Positions 1-8,383 are shown, counted from the first letter of the stretch. The stretch is 23,018 nt of DNA from Oligoflexales bacterium (GCA_041736175.1 JBGSUI010000165.1:1-23018), one strand, 5' to 3'. Notes: generated by a model not told the origin, from the sequence alone. Program-made: numbers and translations.

Positions 1-94
1 GTATTACCAGACTATAACCGTGAGCAAAAAAACCTCCTTTCGATCCCCCGCTGCATTGAGAGCAGGCGAGCTTCCCGGCTATAGAGGCATTTAA

Positions 95-358
95 TCAAAA
101 AAAAGATCGGAAATCATACCCGACTGTGGAAAGGACACAAATAAGCCGTGGTTTTGCTTTTTCAATCGCCCGCCAAAGGCGGTCGCAATCGCCTCGGTCA
201 TCAAGTCTCAAGGCCGAAGTGGTGATCAATGAAACATCGAGTTGAGTAACATCTAGATCTCGGCTCCGGCAAATCCCAGCCATTCGAGCGCGGACTCCGT
301 GTAAAGAATCCTCAGCAAGAAAAATCAAGGCTGGTCCCTGAGAGGGGGCTGATCGATC
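95..358 (-). pseudogene. Internal fragment of an AAA_25/RepA-like ATPase
   Basis: Extending the frame upstream gives QGPALIFLAEDSLHGVRARMAGIC...LITTSALRLDD...RLWRAIEKAKPRL, resembling the segment between Walker A and Walker B of AAA_25 ATPases. An in-frame TGA precedes it, so there is no Walker A, and similarity stops where Walker B (LLILDP) is expected. Confidence 0.6.
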
Positions 359-623
359 TCAATTCTTAAGCCCACCTGGTATCGGGGTTCTGGACCTGCC
401 TTTACGCCAAATAAGATGAAACGGAATCCAGTCCAGGAGGCATTGGGCATGAAGCGCAACACCACTTAACGCACAAATCTTGGCGAAGAGTTTTGGCAAC
501 AAACTTTAAACAAAAAAACCGGCTTCGTTGCCAAATTAAAGACCGTTTGAACCAGTGAAAGGTGTGCAGCAGTCCTTGGGGACCAACCACAACACCTATC
601 AGCCAGCGCCGCTACACAGACCA

Positions 624-3062
624 TCAGAACTTTAAAGCGGTCGTTGAATATCCGTTGCCGCTGATACTGACCCAACTGCTCTGACTACCCACCTGGATAG
701 GAGCGGACCGGTGGATAAAGTCCCCCACCCCAAGCTGGCCCGAATCGTTACGTCCAAAAGCCCATAGAGTCCCGTCAGTTCTTCTCCCAAGAGTATGGTG
801 GATGCCTGCCGCGAGCTCAGCCCAGCTGCTTAAATTTCCCACCTGGACGGGGCTTGAGCGGTGAGCCTGGTCCCCCACCCCAAGCTGGCCGTAAAGGTTA
901 TTCCCAAAAGCCCAGAGAGTCCCGTCAGTTCTTCTCCCAAGAGTATAAGAGGCTCCCCCCGCAAGCTCAGCCCAGCTGCTTAAACTACCCACCTGGACGG
1001 GGCTTGAGCGGTTAATCGTGTCCCCCACCCCAAGCTGACCGTAAGTGTTCTGCCCAAAAACCCAGAGGGTCCCGTCAGTTCTTCTGCCAAGAGTATGATA
1101 GGGTCCCCCCTCCACCTCAGCCCAGCTGCTTAAACTACCCACCTGGACGGGGCTAGAGCGGTTAGTCGTGCCCCCCACCCCCAGCTGGCCGTAGAAGTTA
1201 TACCCAAAAGCCCAGAGGGTCCCATCAGTTTTTCTGCCAAGAGTACGATAGGCTCCCCCCGCCAGCTCAGCCCACGTGCTTAAATTACCCACTTGGACGG
1301 GGCTTGAGCGGTTAGTCGTGCTCCCCACCCCAAGCTCGCCGAAAGCGTTATTCCCAAAAGCCCAGAGAGTCCCGTCGGTTCTTCTGCCAAGAGTATGGAC
1401 GTATCCCCCCGCCACCTCAGACCAGCTGCTTAAACTCCCCACCTGAACAGGACTTGAGCGATTGGTCACATCCCCCACCCCCAGCTGGCCGTATGAGTTA
1501 CGCCCAAAAGCCCAGAGAGTCCCGTCAGTTCTTCTGTCAATAGTATGGTGGAATCCTGCCGCCAGCTCAGTCCAGCTGCTTAAATTTCCCACTTGGACGG
1601 GGCTTGAGCGATTGGTCACGTCTCCCAGCCCGAGCTGGCCGTAAGTGTTACTGCCAAAAGCCCAAAGGGTAAAACGAGTCGGCCCGGTACGGGCGAGCGT
1701 GTGGTGGTATCCCGCCGCCACCTCAGTCCAGCTGCTTAAATTTCCCACCTGGACGGGGCTAGTGCGTGAAGACGTGTCCCCCACCCCAAGCTGGCCGTAG
1801 GAGTTACGTCCAAAAGCCCAGAGAGTCCCGTCAGTTCTTCTGCCAAGAGTATGATGAATTCCCACCGCCACATCAGTCCAGCTGCTTAAATTTCCCACCT
1901 GGACGGGGCTAGTGCGGGAAGATATGTCTCCCACCCCAAGCTGACCGTAGGAGTTACGTCCAAAAGCCCAGAGGGTCCCGTCAGTTCTTCTGCCAAGAGT
2001 ATGGACGCCTCCCTTCGCCACCTCAGCCCAGCTACTTAAACTCCCCACCTGGACGGGGCTTGAGCGGTGAGACACGTCTCCCACCCCAAGCTGGCCTTAA
2101 GTGTTATACCCAAAAGCCCAGAGAGTCCCGTCAGTTCTTCTGCCATGGGTATAGGATGCTCCAGCCGCCACCTCAGTCCAGCTGCTTAAATTTCCCACCT
2201 GGACGGGACTTGAGCGGTCAGTCCTGCTCCCCACCCCAAGCTGGCCGTAAGCGTTAGCCCCAAAGGCCCAGAGAGTCCCGTCAGTTCTCCTGCAAAGGGT
2301 ATGATTGCTTCCCACCGCCAACTCAGCCCAGCTGCTTAAATTTCCCACCTGAACAGGACTTGAGCGGTTAGCCGTGTCCACCACCGCAAGCTGACCATAT
2401 TGGTTACGCCCGAAAGCCCAGAGAGTCCAGTCAGTTCTTCTACCAAGGGTATGATTGTCTCCCGCCGCCACCTCAGCCCAGCTGCTTAAATTTCCCACCT
2501 GGACGGGGCTATTGCGTGAAGATATGTCCCCCATCCCAAGCTGGCCGTAAGAGTTAGCCCCAAAAGCCCAGAGAGTCCCATCAGTTCTTCTGCCAAGGGT
2601 ATGGCCGCGTCCCCCCGCCAGCTCAGCCCAGCTAGTTAAATTTCCCACCTGGACGGGGCTTGAGCGGTTAGTCGTGCTCCCCACCCCAAGCTGGCCGAAA
2701 ATGTTCCACCCAAAACCCCAGATACCATAAATTTCTGTGGGCGGTTGCGCAGTCTTTTTTTTCTTAAACAACATCATATTGCTAAACGCCAGCCCCTGAT
2801 CCCCCTCCATCGCCAGCCAGGACCCTAAAGCCACCTTGGGGATTGAACTTACCAGATCCCGCCGTGAGACGGGATGGGGTTCTTGGGGCTTACCGGAATT
2901 CTCGGGGGAGGGGGTGGCAATGGTGGCGCCATCCTCATGGTTTCCGTGGGACACATTTTGAACTGAGTCAGATTCGGGGGCTATGTTCTTTTCTACGGTA
3001 CCAGAATTCACTGCTTGCTGCGGACTTTTGACATCATCGTTCATTGAAATCTCCGTGGTCAT
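624..3062 (-). pseudogene. RCC1/BLIP-II repeat protein (14 repeats, two 7-bladed propellers) interrupted by one in-frame TAA at 2097-2099
   Basis: ORFs 2097..3062 and 624..2084 are in the same frame, reading ...GYNT*GQLGVGD.... Repeat consensus is TLWAFGxNxYGQLGVGxxxxRSSPVQVGxLSSWxEvAxGxxHTLGRRTDG. A GGAG precedes the ATG at 3044, which may be the true start. The stop could be real or an assembly error. Confidence 0.85.
627..2726 (-). repeat. Tandem array of 14 near-identical 150-bp coding repeats with one 156-bp unit after repeat 7
   Basis: The ccaaaagcc motif recurs every 150 bp (about 754, 904 ... 1654, then 1810 ... 2710). The longer unit encodes LARTGPTRF. Confidence 0.95.
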
Positions 3063-3096
3063 TTACAATAGTTAAGCTAAATCTGGGGTACCTATA

Positions 3097-3239
3097 GATC
3101 ATAGCATAATTTCAATCGCGGCAACATTGTTGTTAACAATTTTACTGGTAGGTCCCAATCAGCGTTGCTTTTCCTGCGCTCTTGGATCCCAACTCCGTTT
3201 TGTTGGTGGTGGAGTTGGTGGTCAGGGTAAGGGTTTGGC
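3097..3239. repeat. Direct repeat copy A: 3' end of the ybhB-like gene (98 bp) plus a 26-bp downstream block
   Basis: 3142-3239 matches 4278-4375 at 95/98 nt. 3097-3122 matches 4245-4270 at 24/26 nt. Confidence 0.95.
3098..3106 (-). promoter_or_regulatory. Extended -10 element (TGcTATGAT) upstream of the RCC1 gene
   Basis: The minus strand reads TTGCCG-N15-TATGAT with TG immediately before the -10 hexamer, about 35 nt upstream of the ATG at 3062. Confidence 0.5.
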
Positions 3240-3402
3240 TGGGTTTAGCCTTTGGAATACATAGAGTGGAAAGAACTTGGCAAGAATGCCCCATAATGTA
3301 TCGAATTTTGAGACTAGCTACGGATACCAATTCTCTAGGAAATCAGAAAACGAATTAAGACGGCTTCGCCGAAGTTTAATCGGTATCGTGGTGCCTTTGT
3401 CA

Positions 3403-3870
3403 CTAGAAAACTTGGGTCACACTGGTAAGTCCACCAATTTTCTCTTTCAATTCTTGCCAATATTCCAATAATTCTTCTGATCGCACTATTAAAAGTCTAA
3501 GATTGGCTTCAGCCGTTTCTTGCTCAAGAGGATAATCATGTGTTGATAGATTTCTTAGTTCTCTAAGGGAAATCCACCAATCTGATCCTTTAGATAGGTA
3601 ATGAATTTTTTCAAGGCGATGAAGTTTATCTAAAAAAGTCAACGCATCTTCTTGCGCTAGTCTTAAAATTCTTGGGAAAATTCGCGACCCTATTGTGTCT
3701 TGCAAGCTGGCAAAACGCTGCGTCAGCATATCAGTGTAGGCTACTTGATCCATCGAAAACTTTTCCACTAGACTGATCTCAAAAGTTTTGACCTTAACCA
3801 AGGCTGCTTGAAGTCGATCGGCATGAAGATTAGCTTTTTTTATGATCTCTTGAAGTTCATCTTTTAACAT
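3403..3870 (-). CDS. hepT: HEPN ribonuclease toxin (HepT / nucleotidyltransferase substrate-binding family)
   Basis: RNLSTH fits the HEPN R-x4-H motif, followed by DY. It is 155 aa, helical, and overlaps the upstream MNT gene. Confidence 0.85.
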   Translation of the reverse strand: MLKDELQEIIKKANLHADRLQAALVKVKTFEISLVEKFSMDQVAYTDMLTQRFASLQDTIGSRIFPRILRLAQEDALTFLDKLHRLEKIHYLSKGSDWWISLRELRNLSTHDYPLEQETAEANLRLLIVRSEELLEYWQELKEKIGGLTSVTQVF

Positions 3871-4172
3871 AAGAGAATTCCTTGTTTTTGAGCATCTTCA
3901 TAAATGGACAAATGTCTTCTGCTTGATTTTGAGTGTATCACTATGTCTATTTTTTGATCACCTATTTGTTTTTTGAGGTCTACTAAAAATGCAATTTTTT
4001 TATTCTGTATTTCCAAAATATCTTCTATTTGAGTTTCAATAAAAAGATCAATGTCTCCACCTTTTTTTTGATCATCTACTCTGGAACCAAATAGCCAAAG
4101 CTTATCTGTTCCTAAAAACCACTTTTTAAAAGTGTCTTTAATTACTTTGATTTCAAAATTAGAAAGTCGCAT
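3864..4172 (-). CDS. mntA: Minimal nucleotidyltransferase antitoxin (MntA-like)
   Basis: LFGSRVDDQKKGGDIDL fits the GS-x10-DxD motif, with KIDIV later. It is 102 aa and paired with the HEPN gene. Confidence 0.9.
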   Translation of the reverse strand: MRLSNFEIKVIKDTFKKWFLGTDKLWLFGSRVDDQKKGGDIDLFIETQIEDILEIQNKKIAFLVDLKKQIGDQKIDIVIHSKSSRRHLSIYEDAQKQGILLC

Positions 4173-4212
4173 GATAAACTCAACTAAGTTACTTAATCGG
4201 TGAATATTTTTG

Positions 4213-4244
4213 AAGGGAAAGAATTAATTCTTTGTCTTTCCCTT
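4213..4244. promoter_or_regulatory. Inverted repeat (aagggaaaga-N12-tctttccctt), possible operator of the TA pair
   Basis: Perfect 10-bp arms with an internal palindrome aaagaattaattcttt, lying between the putative -10 and mntA. Confidence 0.35.
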
Positions 4245-4375
4245 GATCTTAGCATAATTGCAATCGCGGCCCCAGTGTTACTGATAGGTCCCAATCAGCG
4301 TTGCTTTTCCTGCGCTCTTTGATTCCAACTCCGTTTTGTTGGTGGTGGAGTTGGTGGTCAGGGTAAGGGTTTGGC
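4245..4375. repeat. Direct repeat copy B: native 3' end of the ybhB-like gene plus the 26-bp block containing an extended -10 (TGcTAAGAT on the minus strand)
   Basis: Matches 3097-3239 apart from the spacer between the two blocks (7 nt here, 19 nt in copy A). Confidence 0.95.
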
Positions 4376-5120
4376 CCGCCTTGATGGCATAAATCGTCAA
4401 CTCATAGCGATGGAGAGCTGGTGGGTTAGGACCGCGATAAGCCTGGGTTTGATTAGCCCCGAGAGCTTCGGCGGGAACTGTGAGGTTATTACCCGCGGGT
4501 ACGGCGGTCGGGAGTTTGGTGGAGGTTGCGGGGATATTTGTGATCATCCAATGGATCAACGGCGGAGTCCCCGCGTCAAGATCAACCATCTGGATGGCGA
4601 AAAACCCGGTGCCCGCGGGCACGTTCTTCCATTCGATGGGCGGCGACTGGTTGCCACCACCATTTTTGGCCACATACAAAGCGGGTATGGCACCGTTATT
4701 TGCAAAAGCCGAGCTGGTTAAACTAAAAGCCGCTGGAGGGACTGGAGTCGGGGGAGGTGGCGTTTGAGTGGGATCCGTAGGCGCAGGAGCCGGTGTCGAT
4801 CCAGGCACGATCGGCTCAGAAGACGGCGCCCCCTCCGAAGCCTCTGAGGGCCCTGTGGACTCCGCAGGAGACTGGGGCGGCACCACCTCTTGATTGTCGA
4901 CTCCTGGAGCCTTGGGCTTTTTGTCAGAGGTCTTTTTAACAGAGTCCCCTTCCGCCGCAGCGTCTTCCGACGTAGCATCTTTCGAGGGCACTGCGGTGCT
5001 GGTCACTTTTTGGGAGTTTCCCGTTTGAGTGGACCTGGACGGCGTGGCTGAATCACAAGCCTGTAGGACGGTAACACCTAAACAATAGGCTGCGAACGTA
5101 ACGATGCTTAAATTCTTCAT
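4278..5120 (-). CDS. Lipoprotein with Pro/Ser-rich linker and C-terminal YbhB/YbcL (PEBP/RKIP-like) domain
   Basis: Signal with lipobox LQAC, then FSLTSSAF..G..IP..Y, NQSPPIEW..VPAGT, MVDLDA...HW and YRGPNPP..HRY..TIYA. Confidence 0.88.
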   Translation of the reverse strand: MKNLSIVTFAAYCLGVTVLQACDSATPSRSTQTGNSQKVTSTAVPSKDATSEDAAAEGDSVKKTSDKKPKAPGVDNQEVVPPQSPAESTGPSEASEGAPSSEPIVPGSTPAPAPTDPTQTPPPPTPVPPAAFSLTSSAFANNGAIPALYVAKNGGGNQSPPIEWKNVPAGTGFFAIQMVDLDAGTPPLIHWMITNIPATSTKLPTAVPAGNNLTVPAEALGANQTQAYRGPNPPALHRYELTIYAIKAGQTLTLTTNSTTNKTELESKSAGKATLIGTYQ

Positions 5121-5143
5121 ATTGAGAACCCCCCTTTAAAAAG

Positions 5144-5170
5144 ATATCGGCACTCGGTGCCGACAACTTA
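5144..5170 (-). promoter_or_regulatory. Sigma28 (FliA)-type promoter
   Basis: The minus strand reads TAAG-N15-GCCGATAT versus consensus TAAA-N15-GCCGATAA, 23 nt upstream of the ATG and its GGGG-rich SD-like sequence. Confidence 0.7.
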
Positions 5171-5201
5171 AAGACGATCTCATTTCCCAATATTTTTCGA
5201 A

Positions 5202-5228
5202 GGAAACAGGGGGAGTTTCCCCCCCCTG
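5202..5228 (-). terminator. Possible intrinsic terminator after the GDH gene
   Basis: A caggggg/ccccctg stem followed by a short TTT on the minus strand, just after the GDH stop. Confidence 0.4.
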
Positions 5229-5236
5229 CGTTTTCC

Positions 5237-8200
5237 CTAAAAATCATCCGTATCGTTAATCTTACGGTCCAACTCTAAGATCGTTAGATCCCGGGCAGCA
5301 CTGCGTTTAAGGATCGCGACGATCTTTGACTTTTCTGGGAGCTGGGACCCTTCGACGGATTCGATCAGGCGCTTAGCATTAAGCCCCTGCTCCATATAGG
5401 TCCGCGCTGCCTGAAAGCGAGACTCGGGAGAAATCCCTTCGAGCCAGTTAAGACCTTCGCGGTAGACGATAAAACTAGCGATATACGCCGAGAGGATCGC
5501 GATTTTATGGGCTGGTGGCAGCCGTTCTAAGAGCCTTTCCCGGTAATTTTCCACTAAAATGGGCGGGCAATGCCGATAGATCATCTCTTGGTAGAGAGGA
5601 TCTTTAAGGGTCTCTTCTTGGCACTGGGTCAAGCTTTCGAGGATAATATCCGTCACGTCGTTGATCTGTTTGGAGACCGCCATCGACAGCTCCACCAGAG
5701 TCTTACGACCTCCTGCCAGGGCGTATTCTTGGAAGAGTAGCCTTGCCTCCGCATGGGCTTTGGAGCGGAGGATTTCGATCACCTGGCTGACGTAGACACC
5801 TTTGATTTCCAAAAATTCCGCCTCTGACAGGGTCAGACTAGCGATGATTTCGTAGCTAGAGCAGATCACTCCGGTCTTATTGGCACTGGAATCCTTGATG
5901 ATAAGGACCCCCGCCTTCTGGAGCTGTTCCCGTGCTCCAGCCGTAAAAAAGATATTGGCACCTTCGACGATTGCCCGGCAAGAAGGACTGTTTTCCTTGC
6001 CTAAAAACTGCATCCAGTTTTTGTCGTTGACCGTATAGGGCCGGCCCCCGGCAGGTATAAACACATCCGCTTGGGCCTTAAAATGGAGGTTATTTCGAAT
6101 CCGCATATTTTCTGTCGTATCAGCTTTGATTGCAAAGGCAGAAGAATCTCCCGATAGGTAGCGAGCATCGTACTCAGCGATGGACGATCCCTCGTCCACC
6201 AGGCGGAGGAGTTCCTGCCAATTTAAGCCCGCCGGGTCATAGGCTGCGCCCAGACCATCGGCGATGGCGACAACCCGGCAGTTTTCCCCGTATTCCCGAT
6301 GGAGAATTTTTAGTTCGTTTCCTGCCACATCACCGTCAGGTCCACCGGTCATCTTGATCGTAAACTTTTGCTGTCTAGGATCGATACCGAGGTAACGTAG
6401 GGTGTTTTCTAAAAAAACGTTAAGCCCCTCCGAGGTCACGCCAAACTCTTTGTGGTTGATACCAGCATTGGGTTTAGACGACATAAACGCAAGCGCATAC
6501 CGATAACCCCGCCTTGCGGCCTGCATCGGCACCCACTCGATCAGATCGTTGGTGATATTTTCGTCAGGGCCTAGATAGATAATATCCTCTTTATCCAGAT
6601 AGCTGACCACAGAGCTAGACGACTCGTCATCAGACTCGTCCTTAGAGACGAGAAGATCGAGCATAGCGTTCACAGCACCCCGGACCGCCTGGTGGCGATG
6701 GGCTCCCGGCTTAAGCAGTAAGACGGCTTTAGAGCCCCCTTCAGGGATATCTTTGTTTTTGAGCTGCTGGGCATAGGAAAGACCGTAGACTTCGTCAAAG
6801 AGCCCCGCAAGGGCGTAGTCAAAGTCAGAGCCGTTGCGCGGCATCACCACCCGAAGACCGCCCCGGGAGATATCTTTCCAACGCATCTGAAAAAACCGGT
6901 AGTCTTTACCGACAATAAAAAACATCCCATAGGGTTTCATGGGATAAAACTTGGTGTTTAACACTTCGGGAGCGACTCGAAAAGCTAAACCCGTCTTAGT
7001 CTGCATAAAATAGTTGGTCTTGAGGGTATGATCGATAAAGTTGAGCGCTTCCTGAAGGATACTGCGCTCGACCTCGTCGATGATCTCCCGGCACATCTCC
7101 TGGAGGATATCTCGCTGTTTTTTATAGCCGTCGCTCTTGCGGGCATCGTCTTTAAGAGGATCAAATTTAACTCTAAAAAGAGCGACTAGTTCCCGCGTAA
7201 AATCCGCATATTTAAAAAACGTGGTCCGGACTTTGTATTGGGAATAATAATAGGAGTTTTCTTTGCCGAGCATCACATGGGCCCAGGAGGCCACGGCCCT
7301 GACCAGGTTAGTCGCATTGATCGACATCCCAAAAGGAGCCTTCATCAACTCACCATACTCGTCCACATCAACCCAGCCGAGGGTTCGCAAGGCTTTGTTT
7401 AGCCGCAGCATAGCAACTGAATGGACGTTAACCCGGGTTTCGTCGAGCCGCGCTATGTTAAAGTGCATCACGGTGATGGGCTCGTCATAACCTTCGGCAA
7501 ACTGCACTAGAAAAGCCCGGGTGATGGCAAATTCATAGCGGGTAAAAAGATGAAGAATCGCCTCCAACACTTCCGAAGGCTGGACGTTTTTCATCCCGAG
7601 GGTCAAGCGGCCGTTAGGACTGCTCTGAATGGGCTGAAAGAATGTATGGGCCCCCTCGTGGGACTGCATATGGCGGACCATCCTGTAGATCGTCTGGATC
7701 CTAGAGCTGGTCGCATACATCACAAAATCGTTGTCGAGGGTGTTTAGAAATTTTTGGATTTGATCCTGTTCCGTTGGAAACTCGCTCAGGAGGAGGCCCT
7801 GAGCGACCCGGTACTTTTCCATAATGCGGCGGTTTTCCCGGTCGATGGGCTTATGGCCACTACAGTGGAATGTGGACAAAAAAAGCAGCCGATCTCGGGA
7901 AAAATACAGGGAACCCAACTTGAGGTTGTTTGGTGCAAGCCGCCGGGACATATCGACTAAAATCTGCCGATCGCTGCCAGGACCGATATAGGTCACTTTA
8001 GATCGGTCCCGATCCCAAAGCTCGACGGTTTGTTTGGTCTCAAAAACGTGTCCAGTGATGATCGCCGAAAGATGCCGCACTTTTTCGGGGCGGGGTGTGG
8101 TTTGATAATAGACTCTTGGCATGTTGTTAAAAAACCACGGCGTCAAGATGGCAATGGATTGATCAAGACCGATGCGGACCGTGTCAGCGATGTCTTCGAT

Positions 8201-8314
8201 ATAGGTTTCTAACTCATCGCCGGTTTTTATCTCCTCCCATGGAAACCGCGCATCTGGATTTTGGCTGGTATCATCGGAGTCTTCTTCGTAGTTAAGTTTT
8301 ATGTCCTGGGTCAC
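5237..8314 (-). CDS. gdh: Large NAD-specific glutamate dehydrogenase (~1025 aa, GDH2-like)
   Basis: DISRGGLR, QQLKNKDIPEGGSK, YLGPDEN, GINHKEFGVTS, GGPDGDVAGN, FIPAGGRP, IVEGANIF and KDSSANKTGVICSSYE motifs. Confidence 0.93.
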   Translation of the reverse strand: MTQDIKLNYEEDSDDTSQNPDARFPWEEIKTGDELETYIEDIADTVRIGLDQSIAILTPWFFNNMPRVYYQTTPRPEKVRHLSAIITGHVFETKQTVELWDRDRSKVTYIGPGSDRQILVDMSRRLAPNNLKLGSLYFSRDRLLFLSTFHCSGHKPIDRENRRIMEKYRVAQGLLLSEFPTEQDQIQKFLNTLDNDFVMYATSSRIQTIYRMVRHMQSHEGAHTFFQPIQSSPNGRLTLGMKNVQPSEVLEAILHLFTRYEFAITRAFLVQFAEGYDEPITVMHFNIARLDETRVNVHSVAMLRLNKALRTLGWVDVDEYGELMKAPFGMSINATNLVRAVASWAHVMLGKENSYYYSQYKVRTTFFKYADFTRELVALFRVKFDPLKDDARKSDGYKKQRDILQEMCREIIDEVERSILQEALNFIDHTLKTNYFMQTKTGLAFRVAPEVLNTKFYPMKPYGMFFIVGKDYRFFQMRWKDISRGGLRVVMPRNGSDFDYALAGLFDEVYGLSYAQQLKNKDIPEGGSKAVLLLKPGAHRHQAVRGAVNAMLDLLVSKDESDDESSSSVVSYLDKEDIIYLGPDENITNDLIEWVPMQAARRGYRYALAFMSSKPNAGINHKEFGVTSEGLNVFLENTLRYLGIDPRQQKFTIKMTGGPDGDVAGNELKILHREYGENCRVVAIADGLGAAYDPAGLNWQELLRLVDEGSSIAEYDARYLSGDSSAFAIKADTTENMRIRNNLHFKAQADVFIPAGGRPYTVNDKNWMQFLGKENSPSCRAIVEGANIFFTAGAREQLQKAGVLIIKDSSANKTGVICSSYEIIASLTLSEAEFLEIKGVYVSQVIEILRSKAHAEARLLFQEYALAGGRKTLVELSMAVSKQINDVTDIILESLTQCQEETLKDPLYQEMIYRHCPPILVENYRERLLERLPPAHKIAILSAYIASFIVYREGLNWLEGISPESRFQAARTYMEQGLNAKRLIESVEGSQLPEKSKIVAILKRSAARDLTILELDRKINDTDDF

Positions 8315-8383
8315 AGGTAGGCCTTCCCTATCAGGCCAATCACCAGGGGTTGAGCCCTGTGCTGGCCAATTTTTAAGTTTTGC

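Noticed and set aside
2097..2099. Genome-wide TAA reassignment to Tyr
   Set aside because: TAA terminates many clear genes here (mntA, ybhB-like, gshA, exbB, caspase, fur, MFS).
627..2726. Diversity-generating retroelement acting on the RCC1 loops
   Set aside because: Many variable codons end in T/C, but the AAC (Asn) between them is invariant, and no reverse transcriptase or template repeat is in the window.
627..2726. CRISPR array
   Set aside because: The 150-bp units are in-frame coding repeats without unique spacers, and there are no cas genes.
3142..3330. 62-aa ORF as a real gene
   Set aside because: It is a chimera of unrelated sequence and the duplicated ybhB tail.
3097..4375. Integron cassette with attC sites
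   Set aside because: No convincing RYYYAAC...GTTRRRY folded attC and no IntI. The repeat is a gene end.
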